Part shown: positions 1 to 13,715 of the stretch, piece by piece | Layout of the letters: every line of letters begins with the position of its first letter | How positions within the stretch are numbered: position 1 is the stretch's first letter | Assembly: GCA_964016885.1 (NCBI GenBank) | Contig: OZ024741.1 | Location: 145,142,001-145,206,000 of the forward strand | Source of the DNA: Eledone cirrhosa | Taxonomy: Eukaryota | DNA: 64,000 nt | Direction: 5' to 3' | Notes under the pieces: model-generated | Database searches by the model: none | The model's input: only the letters and a program-made list of their open reading frames with translations | Told to the model about the DNA's origin: nothing | Made by a program: the position numbers and the translations under genes

Positions 1-795
1 ACCCAGTTAGACTATTTGGAATTGGTTGCTTCAAATAGGATTCTATGGAAGGCATGCCTGAGGACACTGCCCCAACATACCTCTCAGAAATAAGTGGGCA
101 AAGAATAATAATGTATTTTTCATATATTTATTAGTTTATTTTAAATATATATCTATACATTTATATTTATTTAACTACTGTTATACACAATGGTAAATGG
201 ATACTTCAAAGATTATTCATTATATAGCAGGTGATATTCTGTTACAATAATGTTGTTCTTTAGCCACTCCAACCTATGCCAATATGAAAAACATATGTAA
301 AATGATGATGATGATGACTATCAAACACACAAGAACACCCAGACTCACAAATATAAAAAGACAAAACATTTTCTACTCAAACTATTGACAACTAAAGGTA
401 TATGTGTAAATATTCTAAAATCCATGATCACACAATGCCATCAGTTATGTTCTAATTTCCCCATTTCTAAACACGCTCACATATAATATTCCTTAAATTA
501 ATCTAAAAATCGATCTCCTCAAGAGAATCTTGATTCTTTGACAATATTCCTGGAGCAAAGACATTTTTTTTCTTTTTGCTGCATTGCATGTTTATTTTTA
601 CTTTTTATCACAAAGCAATTTTTCATTGAAATGGTTATTTCTTCCTGTAACTCTATAGATATATTAATTAACAGAACATATTGGTTGTAGCCATAGTGCT
701 AAGGAAATACAGCCCGCTTAAGAAGGAATTCTTCTAATCTAAATTTAAAAAGTGAAACAAAAAATGTCACCAACCGTTTCAATGTTTATTCATCT

Positions 796-883
<88 letters not shown>

Positions 884-1152
884 TATATATAAACATATAC
901 CGTGTATATATATATATAGACCCATATATTCTTTAGAAAATGTAGGAATCTCAAATGAAGAAAATAACTGTACCAATAGTGGAATGCACCCACTACGTAG
1001 AAGCTGATGGCCACTTATTTCTGTCTATTGGGCATTTTACAGAATTTTCTAAACTATTAATTATAGCAGATAACATTTGCAACAGTTATTTTCTGCATTT
1101 GGGATTCCTACATTTATTAAAAAATTTCAAATTACTCAGAATTTCTATGATC

Positions 1153-4100
1153 TTCATCATCATCATTTTACGTCCGCTTTCCCTCCTTGCAAGGGTGGGA
1201 CGGGTCCTATTCAGCACAACATCTCCCCACTTGTCACGGTTCTTCCTCATCTCCACTGTGAGCTTCAGCAATCTGAGGTCTGCTCTCACCACCTTCGCCC
1301 ATGTTTTTGTGGTCTTCCTCTACTACGTCTTCCTTCAACTGGCATTTCTTGGCACTTCTTCACCCATCGGTCATCCTCCATGCGCATCACATGTCCATAC
1401 CATTGCAGTCTCCTCTCCAGCACACAATAATTTATCCCTCTCAGACACACTTTCTCTCTCAAAACATCCATGCTCGGCCGTTCACGCACATTGACATTGC
1501 ACATCCAACGGAGCATCTTGCCTCATTTCTCTCCAGCCGTTGCATATCCTCTGCAGTTGCTGCCCATGTCTCATTACAATGCAGCATAGCTCTCCTCACA
1601 CAGGCATCATATAACCGGACTTTCGTACGCAGGGAGCAACCCTTCTTTGTCAGCAGAGGAAGCAACTCCCTAAACTTCTTCGAACCTGTCCTTATTCTAG
1701 ATACTATGGCCTCGGAACACCCCCTCCCACGCTAATCTGATCTCCTAGGTACCAGAAGCTATCCACCACTTCTATAGCACCCACCTGTATTTGAAAAATG
1801 TGTCTATCAATGCAACTTCTACTACTGTCTAATTTCCCTGCACATCTACTGCATATGTATTTCTCCCTACCTGTTAGTTTCCCTGCTATCCCGCTACATC
1901 TCTTGTGTACCCAAGATCTGCATTGTGTACATTTTATAGAATTTATGCCAGTTCCTTTTCTGCATATCAAACATGGCCATTTCCCTGATGGAATCAGAGT
2001 TTTGTCCTCTTTTCTACTCATCAACACTTTTGTCTTAGCTAGGTTCACTCTCAGCCCTCTTGATTCCAACTGCTGTTTCCATAGCCAGAATTTATTCTCC
2101 AGCTCCTCTACTGATTATGCTATAAGAAGCAGATTGTCAGCATAGAGAAGTTCCCATGGACAGCCAGTCTTAAACTCCTCTGTTATGGCTTGGAGGACTA
2201 TAATGCGGGCTAAAGAGCGGGTTGAGGACCGAACCTTGATGTACTCCTACTTTTATCTGGAATTCCTCACTAAACTCCATTCCTACCCTATCTTTACTGA
2301 CAGCACCTCTGTACAAAGTTTGCACTGTCCTCACAAGCCAGTCCTCAACACCTAGCTTCCTTAGGGACCACCAGATGACAGATCGGGGTACCCTTCTCTA
2401 GGTCAACAAAAGCTAAGTATAGTGGCTTATTCTTCTCCAAGAACCTCTCTTGTATTTGTCTCACTAAGAAGAGGGCATCTGTTGTACGTTTCCCAGGCAC
2501 AAAACCAAACTGTATCTCATCTAGTTTGGTCATTTCTCTAATTAGTTGCGCTAATATCCTTTCTGCCACTTTCATAACCTGATCCATCAGTTTTATGCCC
2601 TTATAATTTCTCCTCTCCGGAGCATCCCCTTTACCTTTGTAGTAATTTATGAGAATACTGCTGCACCAGTTTTTGGGTATCACACCACCATATATAGCTT
2701 GATTGATGATGTGTACAACCAGTTTAGTGCCTATTTCTCCTGATGCCTTCAGCATCTCAACAACTATCCCTGACGGCCCAGCGGCCTTACCATTTTTCTT
2801 TTCCTTAATCGCCTCTTGGACCCTATATTCGTCAATCTCAATAGCTGGTCCCTCTGTCGGATCTACTGGAGGTAATTTCTCTCTCTCCATTCGTTCTCCA
2901 CATTCATCAATCTCTCATAATGACATTTCCAGGCCTCCTTTTTCTGATCATTCGTGACACTAAGTACACCAGCATCATTCTGGACACATTTATCTCCAAC
3001 AACATCCTGATTAGCATTGACACACTGCTTGCAATGTGGAACACCGCACACCTCTGATCTTCCCATCGCAGAAAATTGGCAAACCTCCTACTCTCAGCCT
3101 CCCTGCGTGCTAAGTACACCCGACGTCTAGCTTCTTACTTAGCGGCTGTGTATCCTTCCCTACTCCCACCATTTTCCCAAGCCTTCAATGCCAGTCTTTT
3201 GTCTCTAATGACCCTATCTACTGTGCTGTTCCACCACCAGGTCATTCTCTGTCCAGTTGGAGCTCTGCTCCAGCCACAAGTTTCTTCAGTAGCCTGCAGT
3301 AAGTTGTCACGTAAGAAATTCCAGTTATCATTTCTTAAGCCGTAACCGTGCCCACCATGTACCCCAGTGTAACCATCCTGGAGTTGTCCTCCATGACCAT
3401 TGAATTCCCCTGCTAGCATAACGATGTCTCCGTCCTCTGTCATTGCAGTTGTTTGTAAAAGTTGCTCGTAAAAGCAGTCTTTCTCTTCTTTACCTAGGCC
3501 TGCCTGGGGAGCAGGGACAGAGATGATTGTCAGTAGTCTCTTGCCTACAACTAATGTAAAGCTTAATTATTCTGTTACTAACTCGAACTACCTCTATTGT
3601 CTTATCGATCCATCTCTCAGCCAGGAAAATGCCTACTCCACCTAACCCATCATCATTACCCACCCAGAAAATCTTATAAGTAAGATGTTTTCCTGCGATT
3701 AGTCTCGCAGAGGCATCTCTCCATCTCACCTCTTGCATGCAGCACACATCCACATTCCTTCTATCCAGCATCTCCACTATTTCACCAGATCTACCTGTGA
3801 GAGTGCCAGCATTAAGTGTTGTAAATCTGAGATGCGACGTCTTCATATTCTTGTTCCTTTACCTGTTCCCATAGTGCAATTGCTTGATGACGGTCTGGGG
3901 GTTCTCGCACATGGCCTCACCAGCCACCCCACTACCGTGCGCAGCCCTAACATGGTCAGCCTTATTGCTGTTGACGCAGTTGTTGCAATTCTCAATTGTT
4001 GTGCTCATAGTTTTTGGCAGTAGTATATATACTGGTTGGATGCCCTTCCTAATACCAGCACCACTTTACAGCATTCGTGCCACCAGCACTAGAGAGGATG

Positions 4101-4240
4101 TCTTACTGGACTAAGGGGCCCTCTCTACCCCTCCATTTTACAGCATGGACTAGGTGCTTTTATTTGTGCCACCAACAATAGAGAGGTCGTCTTACTTGAA
4201 TTAGGGGACTTCTCTACCCCGCACCAATTTATTCGGAGTG
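1153..4240 (-). mobile_element. Near full-length decayed RTE-clade LINE (APE endonuclease, RT, PHD-like finger), (CAT)n tail
   Basis: EN motifs TLNAGTL...DVCCMQEVRW (3490-3846). RT motifs KAAGPSG, QFGFVPGK, AFVDLEK (2345-2890). Cys/His cluster (1704-2069). LQWYGHVMR and GRRSRGRP (1286-1516). 3' end abuts (CAT)n at ~1153. Frameshifts and stops throughout. Confidence 0.93.
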
Positions 4241-4399
4241 GTAGCTCTCCTAGACGAATTGCCTACATTACGGCTTACGGAGCCTCCGTCTGCCCCTTGT
4301 CTGTTCTATGATATATTCACGAGGGAGTGGTTAGCATACAGCGTCGGGCATGTATACCAAATGTGGTGGAGGTGGGGTGGGTGGGAATTGAGAACCGTA

Positions 4400-4508
4400 A
4401 TGGCTTATACATACAATTTTTAGTCACATACACATATATATATATATATATATACAAGTCTCTACAAATTATACAAACATGAAGAAATAATGTGCAGAAA
4501 CAACGGAA

Positions 4509-4565
<57 letters not shown>

Positions 4566-4805
4566 ACCCCCCTATGAAGCTTTCACAATCGTACAAGCTG
4601 TTACACATACTATTTCAACACAATTTAGGAGATGTAAAAAAATGAACACCTATCTTTACGAAATCCACACACAGTAAAGAAATTCATGCACTCAGCATGT
4701 GTAGAGATAACGGAAATCTCGTGGCTTATACATACAATTTTTAACACAGTTTATAAGTCACATATATATATATATACAAGTCTCTACAAATTATACAAAC
4801 ATGAA
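4400..4805. repeat. Direct duplication of ~80 bp (4400-4483, 4721-4805) around a (TA)n-embedded repeat remnant
   Basis: tggcttatacatacaattttt...agtcaca...caagtctctacaaattatacaaacatgaa occurs twice. Confidence 0.8.
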
Positions 4806-5246
4806 CAGCCATCTTTACGAAGAAATATACATATATATTTATAATAATAGTCGAGCCGAAACAGTCATCAATTGCAGCCACCGACAGCAATAATCATTCT
4901 ACAGATGGACACCTGAATCTGAATAACTCTATATGCCTACTGCTCTCTACACCGAACCCTGGCCTGACCCACCTGCAGTAGGTTTACCAATATATAGCGT
5001 TGAATAACACCATCAACCACCCATAGATTTCCCACCGGGACGCTGCACAGCACGTACTGAGTTGGGCCCAACCCGCTATATTCTTCTTCTTGACCGGACC
5101 GGGTTAAATATGTGGCAGAATGTGTGTGTATGTGTGTATATATATATGTATATATGAATATATATATGTATGTATGTCTATATATGTGTGCGTATGTACG
5201 TATAGCCACGTATGAGTAGGTGTGTGTGTGTGGGTAAGTGTGTATA

Positions 5247-5316
<70 letters not shown>

Positions 5317-5454
5317 CGGGTGCGGGTGTATGCATATGTGGGCCTCTATATGTGTGTATGTGTATTTGTGCATACTTGTAGGTGTTTATGTGCATCTCAC
5401 AGGAATGTGTGCGGATGATTATATATGGAGTATATATGCTTTTTTATTATTACT

Positions 5455-5790
5455 ATAAGGTTAACTTTGCCTTTCATCCTTACGGGGTCGATAAAATAAA
5501 GTACCAGTAATGTACTGGGTATTTGATGGCCTTGTGCCTAATGTAGAAACAATTATTACTATTATAAGGGCGGAGGATTGGCAGTATCGGTAGAGGGTTG
5601 GACGCCATGCTTTGAGGTAGAGGGTTGGACGCCATGCTTAAGTTACGGTCCTTGCCATTCTCAGTTCAAATCCCGCCGAGGTTAACTTTGCCTTTCATCC
5701 TTTCGGGGTCGATAAAATAAAGTACCAGTAATACACTGGGTATTTTCTGGCCTTGTGCCAAATGTAGAAACAATTATTACTATTATTCTT
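5455..5790 (+). mobile_element. Two tandem tRNA-derived MetaSINE-like SINEs (first 5'-truncated), (ATT)n tails
   Basis: tggcagtatcgg A-box-like and gttcaaatccc B-box; central gcctttcatcc(t)t(a/t)cggggtcgataaaataaagtaccag; tail ggccttgtgcc..tagaaacaattatt. Confidence 0.85.
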
Positions 5791-6417
5791 GTTGTATTAA
5801 TTTATCACATATCCTTTGTATATATCCGTATATGTATGTATGAATCTGTGTACATGTGTGTGTGTGTACGTATATGTGTATATATATATATATATGGGGA
5901 GAGGGAGATATATATATATCATATTGTATATTATATTTTATATATTATTTTATGTTACTGTAATTTACCGTTAGTTTATGGTATATTGTGTTTTTATTGT
6001 ATAATGTATGTTTAACTTTTAATTTACGGTTTTGTTTATACTTGTATATGTGGAAGCACATGTGTGTGTATAGGCAAATATGCATATGTGCAAGTGTATG
6101 CATGTGGAAGCACGTGTGCGTATGCATATGTAGATGTATATATGTCGGCATATGCGTAGGTATATGTATGTATATATGTGGCTGTGGGTATGCATGTTAG
6201 GTTGTTTTTTTTTGTATATATATATGTGTGTGTGTGTGTGTGTACGTGTGTATGTAATGTTTGTGTACGTATGTGTATTTTGTATGTATGTGTGGGCATG
6301 TGTGAGTATATATATATATATGTGTATGTATGTATATATGTGTATATATATATATATGTATATACATATGTGTGTGTATATGTATGTATGTGTGTATGTA
6401 TATATGTGTGTGTATGA

Positions 6418-6459
<42 letters not shown>

Positions 6460-6995
6460 GTATATAAGGTTGGGCGTATGTATGTGTGCGCGCCTATGTA
6501 TATATGTGTATGTTTGAGTAGGCCATGCTTATCCCACCGGACACATGGCACGAATTAAGCAGCCGTCATAAGGCTTGTGGCGATATGTATTTACAAGTGG
6601 GTGTGACTGGGTCCGTGGAAGTGAGGGAGAGAGTGTGTGTGTGTATATATACATATATGTATGTATGTGGGTGTGTGTGTGTCTGCGCATGTAGGCGTAC
6701 GTGTGTGTATGAATAAATCTTTCGGTGTCTGCAAGTGTGTGTGTGTGTATATTAGTATGTGTGGGTGCTTACTCTGAAGTGTGAACAGACGTGTGAGATG
6801 CTGAACCTAGCATGACTCCATCGAAATGTGTCGGACCGAAAATAGCTGATGACCCGTGTGACAGTAAATACTGACCAGAACTTGTGATGACGTGGAGTAA
6901 AACAGCCAATGGCATGACAAGAGTGGAAGTAAGGTATTGAGGGTGTTTTTTGATGATAACACCCCAGTGATAAAATTTGCTCCAAACGAAACACC

Positions 6996-7086
6996 CGTGT
7001 CTGAAAGAACCTGCAGAAGTAGAATCAGCCAGATCCATACAAGGACCATGTCTCGAGCTACATGCCGGCGAAACATTTGTAACACG
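6996..7086 (+). ncRNA. Type I hammerhead ribozyme with long stem II and a 1-nt insertion in the core
   Basis: Stem I cgtgt/acacg; core CTGAAAGA; stem II with cc/gg, gca/tgc and gtag/ctac pairings; GAAA; stem III aca-tt-tgt; GUA site at 7081. Confidence 0.6.
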
Positions 7087-7215
7087 AAATAAACTAAGTC
7101 CAGATACATCACTGATTTTTTGTTTTCTTTATACTATCTACACTCTACTCTGCTGAATATCGAGTGCTAATTTTGGCATACCGCCTATGGAAGCACCATA
7201 GCTACCATTATACAC

Positions 7216-7259
<44 letters not shown>

Positions 7260-7263
<4 letters not shown>

Positions 7264-7449
7264 GTTTCTACTATTATCTGCTGAATATCGAGTGCTAATT
7301 TTGGCATACCGCCTATGGAAGCACCATAGCTACCATTATACACAACTATATATATATATATATATAGTTGTGTATAATGGTAGCTATGGTGCTTCCATAG
7401 GCGGTATGCCAAAATTAGCACTCGATATTCAGCAGATAATAGTAGAAAC

Positions 7450-7452
<3 letters not shown>
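7260..7452. repeat. Perfect ~87 bp inverted repeat with (TA) spacer; third direct copy at 7150-7219
   Basis: attgtttctactattatctgctgaatatcg...cacaact and its exact reverse complement at 7366-7452. Confidence 0.95.
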
Positions 7453-7531
<79 letters not shown>

Positions 7532-7615
7532 AAATATAGAGAAAAATACTGCAGGTAGCACATGGATAACATGTAATAAAATGAGTCCCTCATCAGTGAT
7601 TTGCCGACGATCATA

Positions 7616-7672
<57 letters not shown>

Positions 7673-7769
7673 TTATGGATATTAAACATAGGCTGGAGAT
7701 GCTCATTTGCATATAGTGCAAACTTGACTGGTTTAATGGAGGTAATTAGAAGTGATACTAGCATAGCGT

Positions 7770-7829
<60 letters not shown>

Positions 7830-7997
7830 TAAGTATCGTAGGAGAGGAGGAAGCAGAGAGGTACAGAGAGGGGCGATACAGATTACTAAATGCCAATAAC
7901 CGAAGCGGAGTGTGCTCAATGCTTTGAGTTTAGCAGAGTTAAATATTAGAGGGGATTTAATATTTAGCTTATAGTTCAAGCAGAGTGGGTATATATA

Positions 7998-8029
<32 letters not shown>

Positions 8030-8404
8030 AGAAAATTACGTTTTCAAAAAAAGAGATGTCCTATATGGGTGAAAGTATAAGGAAAAGAAATTGAAAATGG
8101 AACAGGCGACTTTTAAGCATATTCACTTATTTACTTTACCGGTTTCACAGTTCTTATTATTTTCAAAAATATAATTGAGATGGAGGGTTTATGTTTCTGT
8201 TGTTTTTTTGTCTCATATATACACACACACACACACTCTCTCTTAAACTTATATATACATACATGTAAATGTGCAGACGTGTATACATACATGCTCCATA
8301 TACAAAATTATTTTTTTTCCTTTTTAGCTAGACATGTTCAATCACTGCCTTTTAAAATGAGATCATTTTACACAAAATGGCAGTATCAAGAGATGGTGAC
8401 GTGA

Positions 8405-8630
8405 ATAGACCTGTTTTTTCTCTAGAAATTTCTTTTCATTTCTACCACTTCCCAGTCTCCTCTAACTTTCTATTTCTTCTTTGATTTCTCATTCTATTAT
8501 CTGATGAAAGACGAGCATCCGAAACGTTGCGACAGTTTTCCTACAATATCAAGTGTAAAACTAATAATATATTTCTTCATTGTACTGTGTCATTTGCTTT
8601 GTTATTTCTGTTTGCCTTTTACATATATAT
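8405..8630 (+). mobile_element. Penelope-like pLTR remnant with decayed HHR (family also at 13460-13680, 42830-43050 and 44590-45000, all on -)
   Basis: CT-rich stretch, then CTGATGAaagacgagcatccGAAAcgtt. Homologous flanks (caagtgtaaaactaataatatatttcttcattg) recur in the other copies. Confidence 0.6.
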
Positions 8631-8784
8631 TTAAATACATATATACTAGGTTGTAAACCCATAATCTAAAATACTTCACTAGGTGGTGCTATTAAATTAG
8701 ATATGGCCTGGGTCAACACTGGTCGATACCTATCGCAGTTATATATGTATACACACAAACACTTGTCCATGTAGGCTGGCAGCA

Positions 8785-10330
8785 GTACGATAGATAAAGC
8801 AATTAAGGATATGAAGTTAGGGAAAGCAGCTGGACCCTCTGGTATAGTTGCTGAGATGATCAAAGCATCTGGCATAGTAGGATACAAGCTAGTCAGATGA
8901 TTAGTTAACAAAGTAGTTCAGGATAGAGTTACACCCAACGATCGTAAATTGCTACAAAAGCAAGAGAGAATTAACTACAGAGGCATTAAGCTGATGGACC
9001 AGGTTATAGTACAGCTAATTAGGGGAAAAAAAATCAAGTTAGATGAGATGCAGTTTGGATTTATCCCAGGTAGGGGTATTACCAAATCCCTCTTTCTGGT
9101 GAGACAACTACAGGAGAGGTATTTAGCTAAGAGTAAACCACTGTATCTAGAATGTGTGGATCTCAAGAAGGCTTTTGACAGGGTCCCATACTCTATAATC
9201 TGGTGGGCACTTAGGAAACCAGGTGTAGACGAATGGCTTGTGAGGGCCACGCAGGCCATGTATAGAGGTGCAACCAGCTAAATGAGTGTTGGCAATGAGT
9301 GCAGTGATGAATTTGAAGGGCAAGTGGGAGTCTATGAGGGATTAGTCATCATCACATTCCTGTTTATGACCATCAGTTTAAAACTGGCACTCCATGGGAG
9401 CTCTTCCCATGCTGATGACTTAGTTCTTATAGCTGAATCTGTAGGAGAGTTAGAGGCAAAATTTCAAGTATGGAAGAAGAACCTAGAGTTAAAAGGCCTA
9501 AAAGTAAATTTAACAAAGACAAAAGTCCTAATAAGTAGGAAAGAGGACAGGAAGATTATATCATCAGGAAAGTGGCCTTGTTTGAGAGGGGTGGGAAGAA
9601 ATTCCACAAGATGCACTCAATGTAAACTATGGACACACCAAAAGATGTAGTGGGATTGCAGACAGGCTAACGGAAAAGATAGACTTTGCATGTGGTAGAT
9701 GCATTGGGGAAGTAAGCATGAAGAGCACACATGAAATAGATTCCCTCAGCTCAGAGGAGCTCCATAGAAGTTTCAGCTTTCACTACCTAGGGGATCAAAT
9801 TAACAGTGGAAGTGGATGCATAGAATGTGTAATAGCTGGGATAAAAATAGGCTGGAAGAAGTTTAGAGATCTATTACCCCTGCCCATAACAATATATTTT
9901 TCTCTCAGAGAGAAGGGTAGACTGTATGATGCCTGTGTACAAACTGCAATGTTACATGGCAGTGAACCGTAGGCCTTGACTGTAAATTACCTGTGGAGGC
10001 TAGAAAGAAATGAGTCATATATGTTCCGATGGATGTGCATGAGCGACATAGCTTAAGCTAACTGAGAGAAAAAGTTGGCATTGGATGCAGTGTGCAAGAG
10101 AGAAGACTGCATTGGTATGGACATGTGATGCACATGGAAGATAACAGCTGCATAAAAGGTGCTGATAAAACCCCAGTTGCTTGAACCCACGGAAGAGGTA
10201 GACCTAAGAAGACATGGGATGAGCATGTGAAGGCTGACATTAAAAAACAAGACTTCACAACAGAAATGACTAAAGACTATGAGGGCTGGCCCTATGCAGT
10301 GCTAAAGAAGACCCGACCTGCAACAAACAA
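8785..10330 (+). mobile_element. 5'-truncated decayed RTE LINE (RT, PHD-like region, 3' end), divergent subfamily
   Basis: NYRGIKLMDQ, QFGFIPGRG, VDLKKAFDRVP, HADDLVLIAE, KVNLTKTKVL..WPC..CTQCKLWTH, FHYLGD, MLHGSE. Confidence 0.92.
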
Positions 10331-10399
10331 TGTGGCTTGATCCTGCTCCTTCTCCCACAGCTCACTAACAGCTATCCTTAACACCACTACAATTCTCAC

Positions 10400-10778
10400 C
10401 CCATGTTCCTCTGTGAAGTGCTTGGTGATTGGAAGGGCATCCAGCCATGGAGGGCTTGCCAAACAGAGGATCCTTCTGTCATGTCAAGGCATGACAGCCT
10501 CACTAGTGTTTGGTGATCTACATGATAAATGCACTCAGTACATGCTGTAAAGTGGCTGGTGATAGGAAGGGCATCTAGCCATAGAACGCCTGCCGGAAAA
10601 AGGGTTGGGAGGACCCTCAGTTGTGTCAAAGACATGACAACCTCCCCTGTACACTTGGTAGAACATGAGACCATACATAAGTGAGACAACAGATCCCTGG
10701 CTTGTCTGGGACTTCAGCACTGACTTGGTGTATGTAGACCTGTTCAACCCTTGCTAGCAGAGAATGATGATGATGAAT
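10400..10778 (+). mobile_element. Non-autonomous RTE-derived bipartite element, (GAT)n tail
   Basis: Two ggaagggcatc(c/t)agcc units (RTE 5' region) joined to cctgttcaacccttgctagc...atgatgatgatga. Confidence 0.6.
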
Positions 10779-10779
10779 G

Positions 10780-10817
<38 letters not shown>

Positions 10818-12984
10818 ACATTCATGGATATACTAATGTTAAATTAAAGATTTAAAATCATGACGGTGGAATGGTTTTCATAACTGAGCTATTCTGTAAG
10901 AGTTATCTTGGACATAAATGACAACAATGCCAGCAACAGAGCTTAGGTCATGTAAGGAAGCCAATATTTTTGTTTGGCACGTACAAACAATTATGTCTTC
11001 ATACAGTGTCTCTTCCATTCTTCATGACCTCTCATGCCATTCACTTTTGCATCTTGTCCACACCATCTTTCTTTAGTCTTTGTGCCCCACTTCCTACATC
11101 ACAAGCTGAAATTTCGAATTTTCTGTGAATGTTATTTATATGAAGGTGGTAGCCAAATGAAGAATGCAATGTATCTGGTATATATCTGCACGCTTTAATA
11201 AATCTACACTCACTGAGTCTATCTACATCTTGTATGTGGCAGCAACTGAGACCAAATCAGAGAGAGGAATAAAGAATTTCTGTTCACATTTGAATTCATG
11301 AAATTTAAAAGAACCTCCATCAAAGTCTTAAGAGAGAAAAATAGAAATGAATCTATTCAGCAGTTTACCCAAAATTCTTTCTATCATTCTGATTTAAGAA
11401 AAAAAAATGGTTAGTTCATTTATAGCCCTTTCTCATTCTCTCACTACATTTCTGATCTAAAAACTGTAACTATCCTGATTTTTCATAAACATTCTTGAGA
11501 GATCCAGATAAGATTGAAATATATATATCCAATTGAGGTTTTACCTTTTATTATTTTCATTACTAAGAAATAAATTCATTACTAAGAAATGAATTCTACA
11601 GTTGAATTATTATTACTACAAAATAATAAATATGAAATAAATTCTCTTATTCACAAAAATAAAACAGATTGACTAATGAAAACAACATGTTATTTACTTA
11701 AAAAATTTTATATAGCAATCACACCATGGAAGGGTCATGTTAGCCCTTAAAAATAGCAACTAAATTTATTTTATATTTATCTTTAAATATCATTAAATGA
11801 TGGCTCTTTGTATCCTCTATTTACAGATTGACACATCCTTTTTCTATCTCCACCGCTCTCATTCTAGTGTCACCCTACACTTCAACCCTCTTTTATCATT
11901 TTCTCTCAGCATTTAACCCCTTACTCTTCACTTTTACCTTCCTTTTATATTTTCCCCACCAACCAAGTAACAATAACAGAAGGCAAAGAAGAGCTGAAGC
12001 ATTAGATTCTCCCCCTCTTCTTAGCAATAAAACATATCAATGGGTGGAAAGTTTAAAAGGCATGGAATAAGCCCAACTGAAAATAAAACCATGTTATTGA
12101 TCGACCTTTATGCGATTGTGTTTCTAACAAAATACAAAATATTTTGATTAAGTAATGAATAATTTAGAAAGACTTACTAAAACGAATAATTATTTTATTA
12201 TTAAGGTTGTATATGTAACAAAATATTTTCATATAAAATTGTTGGGAGGTTTTAATTTAAATAGGAACCCTTTAAAATGGATGGTCTTGTTCCCTAGAAT
12301 CAGAGGCTGTTTTGAGCAAGTTGGTATCAAAAAGGTTAACTTCACTAAGAGTGGGTAGTATAATTGTTACATTTTTGTATATAAATATTATGTGTGTGTC
12401 CTTAAATATCAATATCATCATCATAATTTTACACCCGCTTTCTAAGTTGGTTGGGGTTGGATGGACCATCAAAACCTAAAAACAGACAGGCTGGAGCAAC
12501 CTCATCTTACTTATACATTCCATATTCGACATGGTTTCTATGGCAGGATGTCCTCCATAATGCCAACCACCTTTCAGGGTGTAATAAGTGTGTTTTTCAT
12601 GGCACCAGCTCTACCACTTTACTGAGTGCATAGAATGAATTTTTTATGATGCCAGCTCTACCCCTTTACAGAGTTTAATGGGTGCATTTTAACATATCAC
12701 AAGCACTCAAGAGATTGTCACATGTTCATCAAGAATAAAGAGTCCTATCAATCACTCGACATGTTTACATTTATAGAGCTTGTACTGGTGAAAAGGTCTT
12801 TTATGAGTGTGTGTATGTGTCTGGGAGAGAGAGAGAGAGAGAGAGAGAGGAAAATATAGACACATCTATGAAGGTAGTAGCTCCAAATAAAATATGACTG
12901 AGGATGTACCGATCCATCCAACCCATGAGACCATAGAAATTTAATGTCAAATTTAATGTGTTTGTGTGCACCTATTTAGTGAAA

Positions 12985-13270
12985 ACACGTGGCTTACTGG
13001 TTAGGGTGTATGGCTCATGACCATAAGATTGTGAGTTCAATTGCCTGCAGCAAATTCTGTTGTAGAGCAAGACACTTTATTTCCTGTTGTTCCTGTCCAC
13101 ACAGCTGGCAAAAATCTGATGCACGTGTAATTCAAAAGGCCATCCTTGTCACATAAAGGTTGCATTCTACAGACATGAGTCTGCCTGTAGACAGCAACTC
13201 GTACATTAATTTCACAAGTACATTGTTGTTGACCAAACAACTTGAATATTCATTGTCATAACCAACAGAT
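12985..13270 (+). mobile_element. tRNA-derived CORE-type SINE
   Basis: tggcttactggttagg A box; gagttcaatt B box; gagcaagacactttattt..cacacagctgg CORE-like segment. Confidence 0.75.
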
Positions 13271-13715
13271 GTTTAACAAAAATATATATATTTATCTGAA
13301 GCTGTGAATGTCATCTGTCACTATTCTTCCTTCAGGCAACGAATTGATGAATAAGTAAAATTTACTACAAATATTCGGTACTTTCTCACCTGCTTATACA
13401 CAAAAACATACTCACAAATATACATAACTATATATCATCGTATATATTTATATATGTATGTAAAAGGTAAACAGAAATAACAAAACAAACAGCACAGTAC
13501 ATGGAAGAAATATATTTGTTTAATACTTGAAACAGCAGGACAAATGTCTTAACATTTGGGACACTAGCCCTTCACTAGAAGATAGAGTTAGAAATAGAAA
13601 ATAAATAGAAAGTAAACAGTGATGAGAGGAAGGAACAGGAAAAATGAGGAAAACAAATTTAGGAGAAAAAACGCATGTGCATATTCAGTTGACAATATAT
13701 ATATACACACATATA

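Larger units (their letters stand above)
4850..7219 (+). mobile_element. Highly decayed Penelope-like element 3' half (possible GIY-YIG remnant, HHR, pLTR end), broken up by microsatellites and SINEs
   Basis: GC-richer islands at 4860-5100 (NCS..DGH..NSI...YQYIAL..TEL, faint GIY-YIG resemblance) and 6525-6600 (ELSSRHK). HHR at 6996-7086. Terminal motif cactctact..ctgaatatcgagtgc runs into (TA)n. Confidence 0.4.

Noticed and set aside
675-1050. Possible minus-strand exons at ~680-738 and ~974-1048
   Set aside because: Weak donors and stops in all frames
955-1735. 179 aa and 144 aa + ORFs (and 61885-62617 - ORFs)
   Set aside because: Antisense shadows of RTE LINE sequence
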